DNA from: Polyangia bacterium
GTDB taxonomy: Bacteria > Myxococcota_A > Polyangia > Fen-1088
Direction: 5' to 3'
Assembly (NCBI GenBank): GCA_036267635.1
Contig: DATAVR010000012.1
Span: forward strand, 6,834-70,833
Length of the DNA: 64,000 bases
The translations under genes and the position numbers were made by a program. Below, piece by piece: positions 1-11,535 of this stretch (positions are counted from its first letter, which is position 1; each line of letters begins with the position of its first letter). The notes beneath the pieces are model-generated. The model worked only from the letters and a program-made list of their open reading frames with translations. It was not told where the DNA came from and ran no database searches.

Positions 1-148
1 TCATGAAAGCGCGTCCTTCGTCGAACAGAGCGCGTGCCGAGGCTTGGTCCTCGGCCTGCGCGCTGGCGTATGGTGAGAACAGGGAGAGAACCGCGGCGCC
101 GCTCAGTGCGGCGCTCAGACCTATGCGTCTCGGGTCACATTTCGTCAT
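1..148 (-). CDS. 5' part of a secreted-protein gene that runs off the window start (signal peptide region only)
   Basis: My own minus-strand translation from the ATG at 148-146 gives MTKCDPRRIGLSAALSGAAVLSLFSPYASAQAEDQASARALFDEGRAFM. This has a basic n-region, a hydrophobic core and an ASA-QA cleavage-like site. The start overlaps the last 14 nt of the kinase gene. It is too short to appear in the ORF track. Confidence 0.35.
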   Translation of the reverse strand, partial: MTKCDPRRIGLSAALSGAAVLSLFSPYASAQAEDQASARALFDEGRAFM

Positions 149-1787
149 AGGCCGATTTCTTGGGCTCATTGGTCGGTGGAGTCTTGGGTGTCACTGCGTG
201 CTCGGTCTCTTGTTTCATGGCTGCTGGGGGAGGCAGCTTGGATCGATGGACGGGTCGAGGCTTCGTATCGCGTCCGCCCGTCTTCTCGCCACCGGGCGTG
301 CGCGCCGCGGTCATCGTCACGTCGAGGATCTGATCGCGGTCGGCTTCGATCGCGATCTTTCGGTCGTCGTAGCCGGTGGCATGGAGGACGATGAGGTGAC
401 TGCGGTCGTCTCGTGCGAGCACCATCGGAGGTCCGTGGGTCAACTTGCCGTCCACCAGAATCTCCGCCCCTTCGGGGAGGCCGCGGACGTCGATGGTCAC
501 CTCGGTGCGGGGAGGTGGGACCGGGGTGGCAGCGACCGGCCGAACCTCACGTTCGCTTTCGCGGCTCGCGATCGGTGGCGGCTTCGGCCGCCAAAGGACG
601 AGCGCCGCCGCCAAGCCCCCGATCGCGAGGACGGCCATCGCCCCGATCCCCCATCCCATGCGACGCCGGGGCGCGAGGTCGTAGGTCGAGCGCTCGCCCA
701 CGGTCCCGCGCAAGGTCGTGGGGTTGGCGCTCGTCACGGCAGGTGTCAGCATTCGCGTCTCGCCGGCGGGTGCCAGCGGCGTCCGTGAGGACGCCGGATC
801 CCGCGGCTGCACCTCGGTGGGACGCGACGCTCGGACGGCCGCTGCAGACGCTGGCAGGACCATGTCGTCCTCGACCGGGGGGAGAAGCACCGGCCGGATC
901 GGCTCGATCTCCGCGATGGGGCGGCGCACGCCGAGCAGCTGGAGAGAGGTGGCGATCTCCGCCGACACGGCGATCATCGTTTGCGGCCGATCTTCGGGGT
1001 TTTTGGCGAGCATCCGCATCGCCAGGTCGGCGAGCGTGGGAGGCAACTCAGGGACCAGGGCGCGCGGATCGTCGGCCCGCTCCGAGACATGCGCGACGAT
1101 CAGATCGCCCGTTCCTTCGCGCACGAAGGGAGGTCGACCACAGATCGCCTCATAGAGGATGCATCCGAGCGAGTAGACGTCGGACCGACCATCGACGAGC
1201 TTGCTCCCGCCCCGGCACTGCTCGGGCGACATGTATGTTGGCGTTCCGATCAGCGCGCCTGTGGCGGTCTGGGTGGGCGTACCCTGTTGCGCGACCTTGG
1301 CGATGCCAAAGTCGAGCACCTTGGGCACCACCCGTCGACCTTGCGGGTTTGCGCAGAGGAAGACGTTATCAGGCTTGAGATCTCGGTGAACGATGCCGGC
1401 CGCATGCGCCGCGGCGACTGCGTCTGCGACCTGTCCGACCACGGCCAGCGCGAAGCCGGCGTCGCCGAGGAGTCCGCCCGTGCGGTCGAGGTAGCCGGCC
1501 AGCGACTCACCGGCCAGATACTCCATGACGATGTAGGCCTGCCCCTCGAGAACGTCGCAGTCCAGGACCTCCACGATTCCCGGGTGCTTGATCAACGACG
1601 TGGCCCGCGCTTCGGTGAAGAAGCGCTCGATCAGACCTTCGTTCGACGACAGCGCGGACAAGAGCACCTTGACCGCCACGCGGCGCGCAATCCTCGGATG
1701 CTGCGCCAAATAGACCTGGCCCATCCCCCCCTGACCGAGCAGGCGGATGACCGTATATCCGCCAACGCGGCTGCCGACTCCAATCAC
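135..1787 (-). CDS. Hanks-type Ser/Thr protein kinase with a TM helix and a C-terminal PEGA domain
   Basis: Kinase motifs: Gly loop LGQGGMGQVY, VAVKVL lysine, catalytic loop HRDLKPDNVF, DFGIAK, GTPTYMSPEQ. Downstream there is a hydrophobic helix GAMAVLAIGGLAAALVLW and IDVRGLPEGAEILVDGK (PEGA motif). Confidence 0.95.
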   Translation of the reverse strand: MIGVGSRVGGYTVIRLLGQGGMGQVYLAQHPRIARRVAVKVLLSALSSNEGLIERFFTEARATSLIKHPGIVEVLDCDVLEGQAYIVMEYLAGESLAGYLDRTGGLLGDAGFALAVVGQVADAVAAAHAAGIVHRDLKPDNVFLCANPQGRRVVPKVLDFGIAKVAQQGTPTQTATGALIGTPTYMSPEQCRGGSKLVDGRSDVYSLGCILYEAICGRPPFVREGTGDLIVAHVSERADDPRALVPELPPTLADLAMRMLAKNPEDRPQTMIAVSAEIATSLQLLGVRRPIAEIEPIRPVLLPPVEDDMVLPASAAAVRASRPTEVQPRDPASSRTPLAPAGETRMLTPAVTSANPTTLRGTVGERSTYDLAPRRRMGWGIGAMAVLAIGGLAAALVLWRPKPPPIASRESEREVRPVAATPVPPPRTEVTIDVRGLPEGAEILVDGKLTHGPPMVLARDDRSHLIVLHATGYDDRKIAIEADRDQILDVTMTAARTPGGEKTGGRDTKPRPVHRSKLPPPAAMKQETEHAVTPKTPPTNEPKKSAYDEM

Positions 1788-1806
1788 GACGGAAAAAATA
1801 ACACGA

Positions 1807-3234
1807 CTACGGACAGGTCGAGCCCAAGGAAGGTTCGAGCGACATCACGGCCGATGGATAAATGGACGGCACCGGGCTCGTCGTCACATTGGCGGCGATG
1901 ACGCCGTCGGCGATCCGCGCGTTTATCGTCGCGGCCGGCGAGTCTGACCAGGTGTCGTCCATGGATGAGGCGCCGAAGCTGGTATCCACGAAGATCGTCC
2001 GGCCGGTCAGCGAGTGGAGGTAGGCGTAGCTCGCCGTGTTGATGTTGTACGGGTTCGCGATCGTGCCGGCGCTGAAATAGCCGCTCGCATTTGCCACACC
2101 GCTCGTCCAGGCCATGTCGTAGTTCACGTTGGCCATCGCGCCCCAGAAGCTGTTGGTGGTGGCGTCGTCGTTCCAGGTCGAGTGGTTGATGGCGACGATC
2201 GCGTTCGGCATGTTGGCCTTGATCGCGCAGGTGATGTCGGCGGCCAGTTGGCCGAGCTCGGCGTAGGAGAGCGCGTCCGTGGCCCCGGCGGTGCCCGGAT
2301 TCGACGCGGTCGCATTCGGATAGTTGACCTGCGTGCTGTCGGTGTACTGGACGAAGTCCCCCTCTAGGAGCCAGAGCAGCGGTTTGGTCGGCCAAGCCGC
2401 GTATGTCTGCTTTGCGTAGTACGTGTAGGCGGCGATGATCTGCGAGCGGTACTTGCGAATGATGTAGGTGCCACCGGTGGTCAGGCTGGCAGCCCCGGCT
2501 GCGGTGTTTCCGTCGGGAAAGCCGTTGTACTGGCCGAGGTAACCGATGACGTAAGCGTAGTAGACAGGGATCAGGTTCGTGGAGGCCACCTTGCCGGTGA
2601 GCCAGCTGCAGCCGCTGCAGCTGGTGATGTTGCCGTTGGCCTGAATCTCCGAGCCGACCCAGTCCGACATGAACTGCAGGTAGCTGTACGAAGCGAGCGA
2701 TCCGCCTGGGTTGTTGGTTCCCCAAGCGAAGTTGCAGCCGAACGGGTTCTCGTTGCGCGTCGTGGAGCCGCAGCTCGCTGTAGCGCCGCCGGTCGCGGAC
2801 GTACCGCCGCTGCCGGTGCTACCGCCGGTCGCCGTCGCGCCGCCGGTGCCGGTCGTTCCGCCGGTCGCCCTCGTGCCACCGGTCCCCGTGGCACCGCCCG
2901 TTCCGCTGGTCCCTCCGGTCGCTTTGCTGCCACCAGCTCCGCTGGCGCCGGCGGTTCCCGTCGAGCCGCCGGTCGGGGAGGTGCCACCCGAGCCTCCGGT
3001 GCCGACCGTGCTCTTCGTGCCGCCAGCGCCCGTCGCGCCGCCGCTGGCGGTCGATCCCCCGGCTCCGGTCGACGATCCACCGCCGCTGCCGGTCTGCGAG
3101 CCTCCGCTTCCGGACGGGTCGGTTGACTCGCCGGCGCCGCAACCTTGTGCCGCCAGCGCCAGAGCCCCCGACAGGAGGCCAATCAAAGGGAAAAATCGCA
3201 GGGGGCCCTGCCTAGTTCCGCAGCGTAGGGGCAT
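1807..3234 (-). CDS. Secreted lipoprotein with a ~125-aa Gly/Thr/Ser linker and a C-terminal putative glycoside-hydrolase-like domain (family not recognised)
   Basis: Signal peptide with lipobox LALAAQGC. The linker reads [19 protein letters not shown]...TGGATAS. The ~310-aa domain ([35 protein letters not shown]) is rich in Trp/Tyr/Asn like carbohydrate-active enzymes. The CDS is secure. The function is a guess. Confidence 0.75.
   Translation of the reverse strand: MPLRCGTRQGPLRFFPLIGLLSGALALAAQGCGAGESTDPSGSGGSQTGSGGGSSTGAGGSTASGGATGAGGTKSTVGTGGSGGTSPTGGSTGTAGASGAGGSKATGGTSGTGGATGTGGTRATGGTTGTGGATATGGSTGSGGTSATGGATASCGSTTRNENPFGCNFAWGTNNPGGSLASYSYLQFMSDWVGSEIQANGNITSCSGCSWLTGKVASTNLIPVYYAYVIGYLGQYNGFPDGNTAAGAASLTTGGTYIIRKYRSQIIAAYTYYAKQTYAAWPTKPLLWLLEGDFVQYTDSTQVNYPNATASNPGTAGATDALSYAELGQLAADITCAIKANMPNAIVAINHSTWNDDATTNSFWGAMANVNYDMAWTSGVANASGYFSAGTIANPYNINTASYAYLHSLTGRTIFVDTSFGASSMDDTWSDSPAATINARIADGVIAANVTTSPVPSIYPSAVMSLEPSLGSTCP
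2763..3138 (-). repeat. Coding low-complexity Gly/Thr/Ser linker (GGxTGxGG-type units)
   Basis: Reiterated GGCGGN/ACCGGN codons within CDS 1807..3234. The complementary strand reads as the Pro/Val-rich shadow ORF 2711..3244. Confidence 0.85.
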
Positions 3235-3332
3235 GGCTATGTAGTTGGTGTCGCGAGCCCCGGTTTTCGATCCAAAAATCGTATCGAAGCCGCCTCTTGC
3301 GTCTCAGCCTTTGGCGTCCTACACCTCCGCAC

Positions 3333-4322
3333 ATGAAGACACGCACGCTTGGCGGCAAGAGCAAGCTCGAGGTCTCGGCGCTCGGTCTCGGCTGCATGGG
3401 GATGAGCGACTTTTATGGTCCGGCGTCGGAGGACGAGGCGATCGCGACCATTCATCAAGCGCTCGAGCGCGGCGCCACCTTCCTCGACACCGCCGACATC
3501 TACGGTCCGTTCACCAACGAGGTCTTGGTCGGGCGCGCGCTGCGCGGGCGGCGGGACGGCGCTGTTCTGGCGACCAAGTTCGGGAACGTCCGCGCCGCGG
3601 ACGGGAAGTTTCTCGGGATCAACGGCCGGCCGGAGTATGTGCGTCAGGCATGCGACGCGTCTTTGAAGCGGCTCGGCGTCGATCACATCGACCTCTACTA
3701 CCAGCACCGCGTCGATCGGGAGACGCCGATCGAGGAGACCGTCGGCGCGATGGCTGAGCTGGTGCGGGCCGGGAAGGTGCGCCACCTCGGCCTCTCCGAG
3801 GCGTCGCCGGCCACCATTCGTCGCGCGCACGCGACGCATCCGATCACGGCGCTGCAGACCGAGTATTCGCTCTGGACGCGCGATCCCGAGGACGAGGTGC
3901 TGCGGACGGTGCGCGAGCTGGGGATCGGCTTCGTCGCCTACAGCCCCCTCGGGCGCGGCTTTTTGACCGGGCGCTTTCGCACCTCCGCCGACTTCGCTGC
4001 CGGCGACTACCGGACCTCGAACCCGCGCATGGCGGCGGAGAATCTGGCCAAGAACGTCGCCTTGGCCGATCGCGTGCGAGAGATCGCCGCCGAGAAGAAC
4101 GTGACCGCCGGGCAGCTGGCGCTGGCCTGGGTGCTGGCGCGTGGAGACGACATCGTGCCGATCCCGGGGACCACCAGGCGGACGCACCTCGACGAGAACC
4201 TGGCCGCCGTCGACGTTCGTCTGAGCGAGTCCGAGCTGGCGCGGCTGGATGCGGCGTTCCCCAGGAACGTCGCGGCCGGCGATCGGTACCCCGAAGGCGG
4301 CATGCGCAGCATCAACGGCTGA
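3333..4322 (+). CDS. Aldo/keto reductase family oxidoreductase
   Basis: Motifs: [78 protein letters not shown] trimmed the start to the ATG at 3333 (track ORF 3297..4322). Confidence 0.92.
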   Translation: MKTRTLGGKSKLEVSALGLGCMGMSDFYGPASEDEAIATIHQALERGATFLDTADIYGPFTNEVLVGRALRGRRDGAVLATKFGNVRAADGKFLGINGRPEYVRQACDASLKRLGVDHIDLYYQHRVDRETPIEETVGAMAELVRAGKVRHLGLSEASPATIRRAHATHPITALQTEYSLWTRDPEDEVLRTVRELGIGFVAYSPLGRGFLTGRFRTSADFAAGDYRTSNPRMAAENLAKNVALADRVREIAAEKNVTAGQLALAWVLARGDDIVPIPGTTRRTHLDENLAAVDVRLSESELARLDAAFPRNVAAGDRYPEGGMRSING

Positions 4323-4332
4323 AGGAGAGACG

Positions 4333-5151
4333 ATGGCGATCGCGACCGAAACGATCCTGAAGCCCGACGGGTTCACCGGCTCCGTCGCGCGCCCGGAGCA
4401 TGCGAAGGGACCGCTGCCGGGCCTGCTGGTGATTCAAGAGGCCTGGGGCGTCGACGCTCACATCGAGGACGTCACGCGCCGCTTCGCCGCTGCCGGCTAC
4501 CTGGCGCTGGCGCCGGATCTGTTCGCCGTCGACGGCAATCGCCCGGCGCCGCTCGCGCGCGATCGGATGGCGGAGCTGATCGCGTTCGTCAACAGCGGGC
4601 CCCCCAACCTGATGGGCGACCCCGCCGCGCGGGCGGCGGCGCTGGCCACCCGACCCGAAGCGGAGCGCGGGCGGCTCGGCGAGTCGCTGGCCGCGTTGAC
4701 CTCGAGCTTCCAGCCGGATCGGCGCGAGGCGCAGCTGGCGATCGTCGAGGCCGCCGCGCTCTACCTGCGCGAGGAGCGGGAGGAGACGCGCGGCCAGAGC
4801 ATCGGCTCGGTCGGGTTTTGCCTGGGAGGGACGCTGTCTGCGCTTTTGGCTTGCCGCGATCCGGAGCTTGGCGCGGCGGTGATCTTCTACGGCACCCCGC
4901 CGGCCGTCGACGAGCTGGCGAAGATCCGCTGTCCGGTGCTCGGGTTCTACGGCGGCAAGGACCATCGGGTCACGAGCCAGGTTCCAGCGTTCGCCGAGGC
5001 GATGGCCGCCGCGGGCAAGCGGTTCGAGCACCTGGTCTACCCGGAGGCGGGGCACGCCTTCTTCAACGACAACCGGCCGAGCTACGACGTCGCCGCCGCG
5101 CGCGACGCGTTCGCGCGGGCGTTGACGTTCTTTCGCGACGCTCTGACCTGA
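4333..5151 (+). CDS. Dienelactone hydrolase family protein
   Basis: RBS GAAGGAGAG sits 3-11 nt upstream of the ATG at 4333. Motifs: GLLVIQEAWGVDAHIEDVTRRFAAAGYLALAPDLF, nucleophile context GSVGFCLGG, C-terminal GHAFFND. Confidence 0.9.
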   Translation: MAIATETILKPDGFTGSVARPEHAKGPLPGLLVIQEAWGVDAHIEDVTRRFAAAGYLALAPDLFAVDGNRPAPLARDRMAELIAFVNSGPPNLMGDPAARAAALATRPEAERGRLGESLAALTSSFQPDRREAQLAIVEAAALYLREEREETRGQSIGSVGFCLGGTLSALLACRDPELGAAVIFYGTPPAVDELAKIRCPVLGFYGGKDHRVTSQVPAFAEAMAAAGKRFEHLVYPEAGHAFFNDNRPSYDVAAARDAFARALTFFRDALT

Positions 5152-5165
5152 GCAGCGCGGGCCGG

Positions 5166-7226
<2,061 letters not shown>

Positions 7227-7532
7227 TCAGCCGAAGTGGTGCAGCAGGCGCTGCCGCCGAACCGCCGTGGCCAGCGCCCAGCCGAGCAGCGCCGACAACA
7301 CGTCCCCGAACGAGTTGGCCAGCGTGTCCTGCGACGGATAGGCGAACAGCGACGGCGCCAGGTTCTTGAGAATGTGCTCGACGATCTCCCAGGAGATGGC
7401 GATGCCCAGCGTCTGCCAGAAGCTGAGCCCGATCATCCCGGCGGCGATGCCGACGAGGCCGTGCAGCAACGAGTAGCGGTCGAACGGCGGGTAGTTGATC
7501 TCACCCGGCTGGGCCGTTCGCTGGACGAACAT
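7227..7532 (-). CDS. Small integral membrane protein (unknown function)
   Basis: From the internal Met: MFVQRTAQPGEINYPPFDRYSLLHGLVGIAAGMIGLSFWQTLGIAISWEIVEH...LSALLGWALATAV, with two or three hydrophobic helices. It lies between the PilZ gene and ligA on the same strand. The Arg/Gly-rich 42 codons upstream in the track ORF were discarded. Confidence 0.6.
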   Translation of the reverse strand: MFVQRTAQPGEINYPPFDRYSLLHGLVGIAAGMIGLSFWQTLGIAISWEIVEHILKNLAPSLFAYPSQDTLANSFGDVLSALLGWALATAVRRQRLLHHFG

Positions 7533-7564
7533 GCCTCTAATCTGGGGTCGATCCGCGGTCCAGC

Positions 7565-8545
7565 CTAGTGGCCGAAGTGGCGCAAGCCCAGGTGGACGAT
7601 GGCCGCCGCCAGTGCGACCGCGAGCGGCAGCGCCAGCCAGCGGGCGCGCGAGCCCCAAGCCGCCGCCTCCAGGGTGGCCAGCCGCTCGGTGGCGATGGCC
7701 GCGGCGGGCGGTCCAGGTGTCGCCAGCGCAACGGCCGGCGGCCAGCGCCAGGCGGCCAGATCCGGGCGGCGCGCGATCTCGGCCGTTCCGTGAACGCGCC
7801 GGCGCGGAGGCCGCGCCTCCACGGCCTGCGCGTCACGGGTCAACCCCGCCGCCACCACCACCGACGGCAACGGGTGCCCGCAGGGCGGCGGCAGCTTGCT
7901 CGGCGGGAGCCTGACCTCGGGCGCGGTCGGCGCAGCCGGGGGTGCCGACCCATATCGTTTCGTGCGCGCGCGGGGACCCTCGTCGAGGGCGACGTCGAGC
8001 GCCAGGCGGGGAATGCCGTCGCTGGTGGCCGGGTCGACCGCGATCTTGCGGATGGTTCCGGCGGCGGCGATCCCGCCCTCTGCGCCCAGCACCACGTCGA
8101 CGCCGCCGTCGAGCCGCAGGAACGGCAGCGTCGCCGTCAGGCGGACGATCTGCTCGTCGACGTGCGCCTCGCAGCGGAGCGGCTTGTCGACGCCGTCGAT
8201 GCGGAGCTTGGCGGGGAGGACCTGCTTCGAGCGGTCGGCGATCAGATTGTCGATCAGCGCCGCCGCGGCCGGCTTGAGCTCACCGAAGGCAACCGCCAGC
8301 TCGAAGCCACCCGGCGCGGCGGTCACGCGCACGATCTTGCCGGCGACGGGACGCGGCCCGTGCGGAAGCAGGAGGTTGCACTTGATCTCCGTCCCGATCG
8401 GGCACGCCTCGGTACAGACCAGCGACAGACCGCTCGCGCTGAGATCGACGCCGCGCCCGTAGAGGCGTCCGCCTCCATCGATCCGCACCAGGCAGATCGC
8501 CTCGTCGTACGGAATCCGAGGAGAGACTCTCCGAGCCTGCGTCAT
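7565..8545 (-). CDS. PilZ domain protein with a C-terminal TM anchor (putative c-di-GMP receptor)
   Basis: RBS AAGGGAAGGG precedes the ATG at 8545. PilZ signature RVSPR (RxxxR) and DLSASG (DxSxxG). C-terminal helix WLALPLAVALAAAIVHLGL. Confidence 0.8.
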   Translation of the reverse strand: MTQARRVSPRIPYDEAICLVRIDGGGRLYGRGVDLSASGLSLVCTEACPIGTEIKCNLLLPHGPRPVAGKIVRVTAAPGGFELAVAFGELKPAAAALIDNLIADRSKQVLPAKLRIDGVDKPLRCEAHVDEQIVRLTATLPFLRLDGGVDVVLGAEGGIAAAGTIRKIAVDPATSDGIPRLALDVALDEGPRARTKRYGSAPPAAPTAPEVRLPPSKLPPPCGHPLPSVVVAAGLTRDAQAVEARPPRRRVHGTAEIARRPDLAAWRWPPAVALATPGPPAAAIATERLATLEAAAWGSRARWLALPLAVALAAAIVHLGLRHFGH

Positions 8546-8642
8546 CTGCCCCCTTCCCTTCAAATTGTGGCACGCGGCGCGCGCGATGAAGGGCGTAAGC
8601 GCGACGGCGCCGCATTTTCGGCGGACTTCCCGCGACACCGAC

Positions 8643-8707
8643 GCAGAGGTCGGCCATCGGCGTAGAGGTCGGCCATCGGCCGCAGAGGTCGGCCATCGGC
8701 GTAGACG
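8643..8707. repeat. Intergenic triple direct repeat (19-20 bp unit, core AGAGGTCGGCCATCGGC)
   Basis: The core occurs at 8645-8661, 8664-8680 and 8684-8700, followed by a partial fourth unit GTAGACG. It lies between the rnhB stop (8726) and the PilZ start (8545). Confidence 0.85.
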
Positions 8708-8725
8708 TAAGGAAGAGTGATCCGC

Positions 8726-9589
8726 TCAGGGCTCGGCGTGCGGCGGAACCTCCGGCCAGGGCGGCAGCGGGGGCAGGCCCAGGGCCTCGCGCACGAGCGC
8801 GAACGAGCGGCGGTGAACCGGGCAGGCGCCGAGATCCTTGAGCGCGCGGGCGTGGGCCGAAACCGGATAGCCTTTGTGCTGGGCGAACCCGTAGCCGGGG
8901 AACTCGGCGTCGAGCGCGCGCATCCGCGCGTCGCGCGTGGTCTTGGCCAGGATCGAGGCCGCGGCGATCGACAGGCTCTTGGCATCGCCGCCCACGATCC
9001 GCTGCTGCGGCAGCGCCACGTCGCGCAGCTTGCGCCCGTCGATCAAGAGATGCTCCGCGGCCGGGGCGAGCGCTTCGATCGCCCGCCGCATGGCGGAGAG
9101 CCCCGCCCAGTAGATGTTGAGGCGATCGATCTCGTCTACCTCGGCGAAGGCCACCGCCCAGGCGACGGCGCGCTGTTTGATGATCGGGGCCAACCGCTCG
9201 CGCGTCTCGGCGTCGAGTCGCTTCGAATCGTCGACCTCCGGAATCCGCGTTCCAGGCGCCAGGATGACGGCGGCGGCGGCGACCGGCCCGGCCAGCGGGC
9301 TCATCCCGGCCTCGTCGACGCCCGCGATCCGCGTGACGCCGGTGGTCCACAGGGCGGTCTCGAACCGCAACATCGTCCGCAGGCGTTGTCCTTCGGCGCG
9401 GTTGTCGCGGCGCCGGCGGGCGACCGCCTGCAGAATCGCCTGCGCGCCGGCGCGCGGGTCGGCCGCCAGCGCCGCCTCGACCTCGGCCGGCAACGGGCGC
9501 CCGCCATCGACATAGCGCGCACGCAGCTCGAGCAAGGGCAACGGCCGCACGCGCACGCGCAGGCGCGCGCGCACGACGGGGGTGGTCAC
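8726..9589 (-). CDS. rnhB: Ribonuclease HII
   Basis: Motifs: [48 protein letters not shown]. There is an N-terminal extension of ~70 aa. The start overlaps the stop of the upstream gene by 4 nt. Confidence 0.92.
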   Translation of the reverse strand: MTTPVVRARLRVRVRPLPLLELRARYVDGGRPLPAEVEAALAADPRAGAQAILQAVARRRRDNRAEGQRLRTMLRFETALWTTGVTRIAGVDEAGMSPLAGPVAAAAVILAPGTRIPEVDDSKRLDAETRERLAPIIKQRAVAWAVAFAEVDEIDRLNIYWAGLSAMRRAIEALAPAAEHLLIDGRKLRDVALPQQRIVGGDAKSLSIAAASILAKTTRDARMRALDAEFPGYGFAQHKGYPVSAHARALKDLGACPVHRRSFALVREALGLPPLPPWPEVPPHAEP

Positions 9590-10380
9590 GGCGGCAGGCT
9601 CGCCAGGGCCGCGCGCGCCTCTTCGGCGTGCGTCCCGATCGGCGCGAGCTGGAGATATTCGCGGAAGGCGGCGCGCGCCTCCGCAGGCCGCCCGCTGTCG
9701 CGCTGAACCTTCCCGATGATGATGTAGGCGTCGGAGGAGCGCGCATCGGTGACGATGGCCAGGCGCGCGAGGTCCATCGCCTCGCCCGCGCGCCCCTGCG
9801 CGAGCGCCGCCTCCGCCCGCTGGGTCAACACGGCCGCCGGCTCCGCCGCCTGTTGCGGCGCCTCGGCTGTCCGGTTGCGGGAGGCTTGACCGTGCAGCAC
9901 GGCGGCGACAACGAAGGCCAGCACGGCCGCGCCGCCAATCACGGCCACCGTGCGCCTCCGGCCGGCGACAGCGGCGGCCGGATCGTAATGGGGCGCCGTA
10001 GCTGGATCTTGCTCGAGCGGCTCGACCGCCTTCTCACCGTCGACCAGCCAGTGCAGCGTCGATTCGGAAAGGCCCATCTCCTGATTGGGCTCCGCGGCCG
10101 GCTCGTCGCCCTTGGGGCGGACTGGCTCCTCGGGCTTGGTCAGGAGCGGTTCGTCGGTCGCGGCGGGTGCAGCCGCCTCGACGCCGGCGGGCGCCTCGGC
10201 GCTGGCGGGCGCCTCGACGCTGGCGGGCGCCTCGACGCTGGCGGGCGCCTCGACGCTGGCGGGCGCCTCTTCGGGGCGCGCTTCGACCGGGGGCCAGGCC
10301 GGTTCGTCTGCCTTGGCGGGCGCCGGCGTCGGCTCGGCGGGCGCAGGCCGGGTTTCGTCCTCGGGCTCCGAGCTCGGCAT
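9586..10380 (-). CDS. Membrane-anchored protein with an acidic Pro/Ala/Glu repeat N-terminus and a C-terminal TPR-like domain
   Basis: From the ATG at 10380: [17 protein letters not shown]..., then five EAPASV units, a TM helix [18 protein letters not shown], and a TPR-like end [30 protein letters not shown]. The 366 codons upstream in track ORF 9586..11478 are antisense to the GGDEF gene. Confidence 0.75.
   Translation of the reverse strand: MPSSEPEDETRPAPAEPTPAPAKADEPAWPPVEARPEEAPASVEAPASVEAPASVEAPASAEAPAGVEAAAPAATDEPLLTKPEEPVRPKGDEPAAEPNQEMGLSESTLHWLVDGEKAVEPLEQDPATAPHYDPAAAVAGRRRTVAVIGGAAVLAFVVAAVLHGQASRNRTAEAPQQAAEPAAVLTQRAEAALAQGRAGEAMDLARLAIVTDARSSDAYIIIGKVQRDSGRPAEARAAFREYLQLAPIGTHAEEARAALASLPP
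10175..10264 (-). repeat. In-frame 18-bp tandem repeat, 5 units (encodes EAPASV-type hexapeptides)
   Basis: Plus-strand units GCCTCGACGCTGGCGGGC at 10175, 10193, 10211, 10229 and 10247. The first two units carry single substitutions. Confidence 0.9.
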
Positions 10381-10476
10381 GGTCGTCGAAAGGAAGACTA
10401 GTGCATTTTGTCGCCGCCGCGTCCGGAAAATCGCGCGACGCGTCTGCTGGTTTCCATCTGATACGATGGCCGGCAG

Positions 10477-11367
10477 ATGACCGCCGACGACACCACCCTC
10501 GAACGCCGGCCGATCATCGAGCCGCCGGTGATGCCGCGCGGGCCGAGCGCCTACCTCTTGGTAATCGCGGGGCCGAGCTTCGGCGAGATGCACCGGCTGC
10601 AAGGGACCCGCTCGGTGATCGGCCGCGCCGACACCGCCGCCGTCCGCGTGCTCGACGACGGGATCTCCCGCGAGCACGCCGCGGTGGAGCGCGACGGCGG
10701 CAAGAACGTGCTGGTCGATCTCGGGTCGACCAACGGAACCTTCTGCAACGGCGAGCGGATCGACAAACGCCGAGATCTGGTCGACGGAGACAAGGTCTCC
10801 GTCGGAGCGTCGACCATCCTGAAGTTCACCTACCAGGACCAGGTCGACGAGCGCTACCAGAAGCGGCTGTTCGAGTCGGCGCTGCGCGACGGGCTGACCG
10901 CCACCTTCAACCGCCGCTACTTCGTCGATCGGTTGAACACCGAGATGCGGTTCGCCTCCCGACACGACAAGTCGCTGGCGCTGCTGTTCGTCGACATCGA
11001 CCACTTCAAGAAGATCAACGACGGGTTCGGGCACCAGACCGGCGACTACGTCCTGGCGGCGGTGGCGCGCGAGATGATCGCCAGCCTCCGCGCCGAGGAC
11101 GTGCTGGCCCGCTATGGCGGCGAAGAGTTCGCCATCATCTGTCGGGAGATCGAAAAAGAGGGCGCCCTGGCGCTGGGCGAGCGGCTGCGGGCGGGGGTGG
11201 CGCGCGCCCGGTTCGAGCACGAGGGGCGGGTCATTCCGGTCACGGTCAGCGTCGGTGCCGCCGTCGCGCGCAAGCCCCAGCAAGCCCAGCCGTTGATCGC
11301 CGCCGCCGACGCCGCGATGTATGAGGCCAAGCGAGCCGGCCGTAACCGCGTCTCCTTCCACGATTGA
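10477..11367 (+). CDS. FHA domain-containing diguanylate cyclase (FHA-GGDEF)
   Basis: FHA: SVIGRADTAAVRVLDDGISREHAAVERDG...LGSTNGTFCNGERI. GGDEF: VDIDHFKKINDGFGHQTGD and RYGGEEFAII. Confidence 0.95.
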   Translation: MTADDTTLERRPIIEPPVMPRGPSAYLLVIAGPSFGEMHRLQGTRSVIGRADTAAVRVLDDGISREHAAVERDGGKNVLVDLGSTNGTFCNGERIDKRRDLVDGDKVSVGASTILKFTYQDQVDERYQKRLFESALRDGLTATFNRRYFVDRLNTEMRFASRHDKSLALLFVDIDHFKKINDGFGHQTGDYVLAAVAREMIASLRAEDVLARYGGEEFAIICREIEKEGALALGERLRAGVARARFEHEGRVIPVTVSVGAAVARKPQQAQPLIAAADAAMYEAKRAGRNRVSFHD

Positions 11368-11371
11368 GTTC

Positions 11372-11453
11372 GGGAACCCTGCGAGGGTTCCCGCGCCCTC
11401 CCGCGAAGGGCGCGACGAGCCCGGGGCCCCCGCGGATGTCTTCGGCCGCGGGG
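11372..11453 (+). terminator. Three consecutive GC-rich hairpins downstream of the GGDEF gene (putative intrinsic terminator or RNA structure)
   Basis: Hairpin 1: GGGAACCC-tgcga-GGGTTCCC (11372-11392). Hairpin 2: GCGCCCT-cccgcga-AGGGCGC (11393-11413). Hairpin 3: CCCCGCGG-atgtcttcgg-CCGCGGGG (11428-11453), followed by TGGTTTG. There is no long U tract. Confidence 0.4.
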
Positions 11454-11535
11454 TGGTTTGAAGCTCGCCATCGCCCACGCGATCGATCTCTGTTCATTCT
11501 TGCGCCGAAGGGTGCCGTTGGTATGGTGGGTGCGG

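Noticed and set aside
3-788. 261-aa plus-strand ORF and other plus-strand ORFs across 176..1901
   Set aside because: They are antisense or out of frame to the Ser/Thr kinase gene and are Arg-rich with no motifs.
2711-3244. Pro/Val-rich ORFs (also 24897..25328, 26702..27472, 27995..28507, 47507..48040)
   Set aside because: They are exact complements of the Gly/Thr linker codons of well-supported secreted enzymes. They have no starts with an RBS and no flanking domains.
8566-8582. TGGCAC hexamer near the PilZ start
   Set aside because: It is on the plus strand while the adjacent gene is on the minus strand, and no TTGC lies at the required spacing.
10381-11478. N-terminal 366 codons of the 630-aa minus-strand ORF 9586..11478
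   Set aside because: They are antisense to the FHA-GGDEF gene. A sensible protein begins only at the internal Met at 10380.
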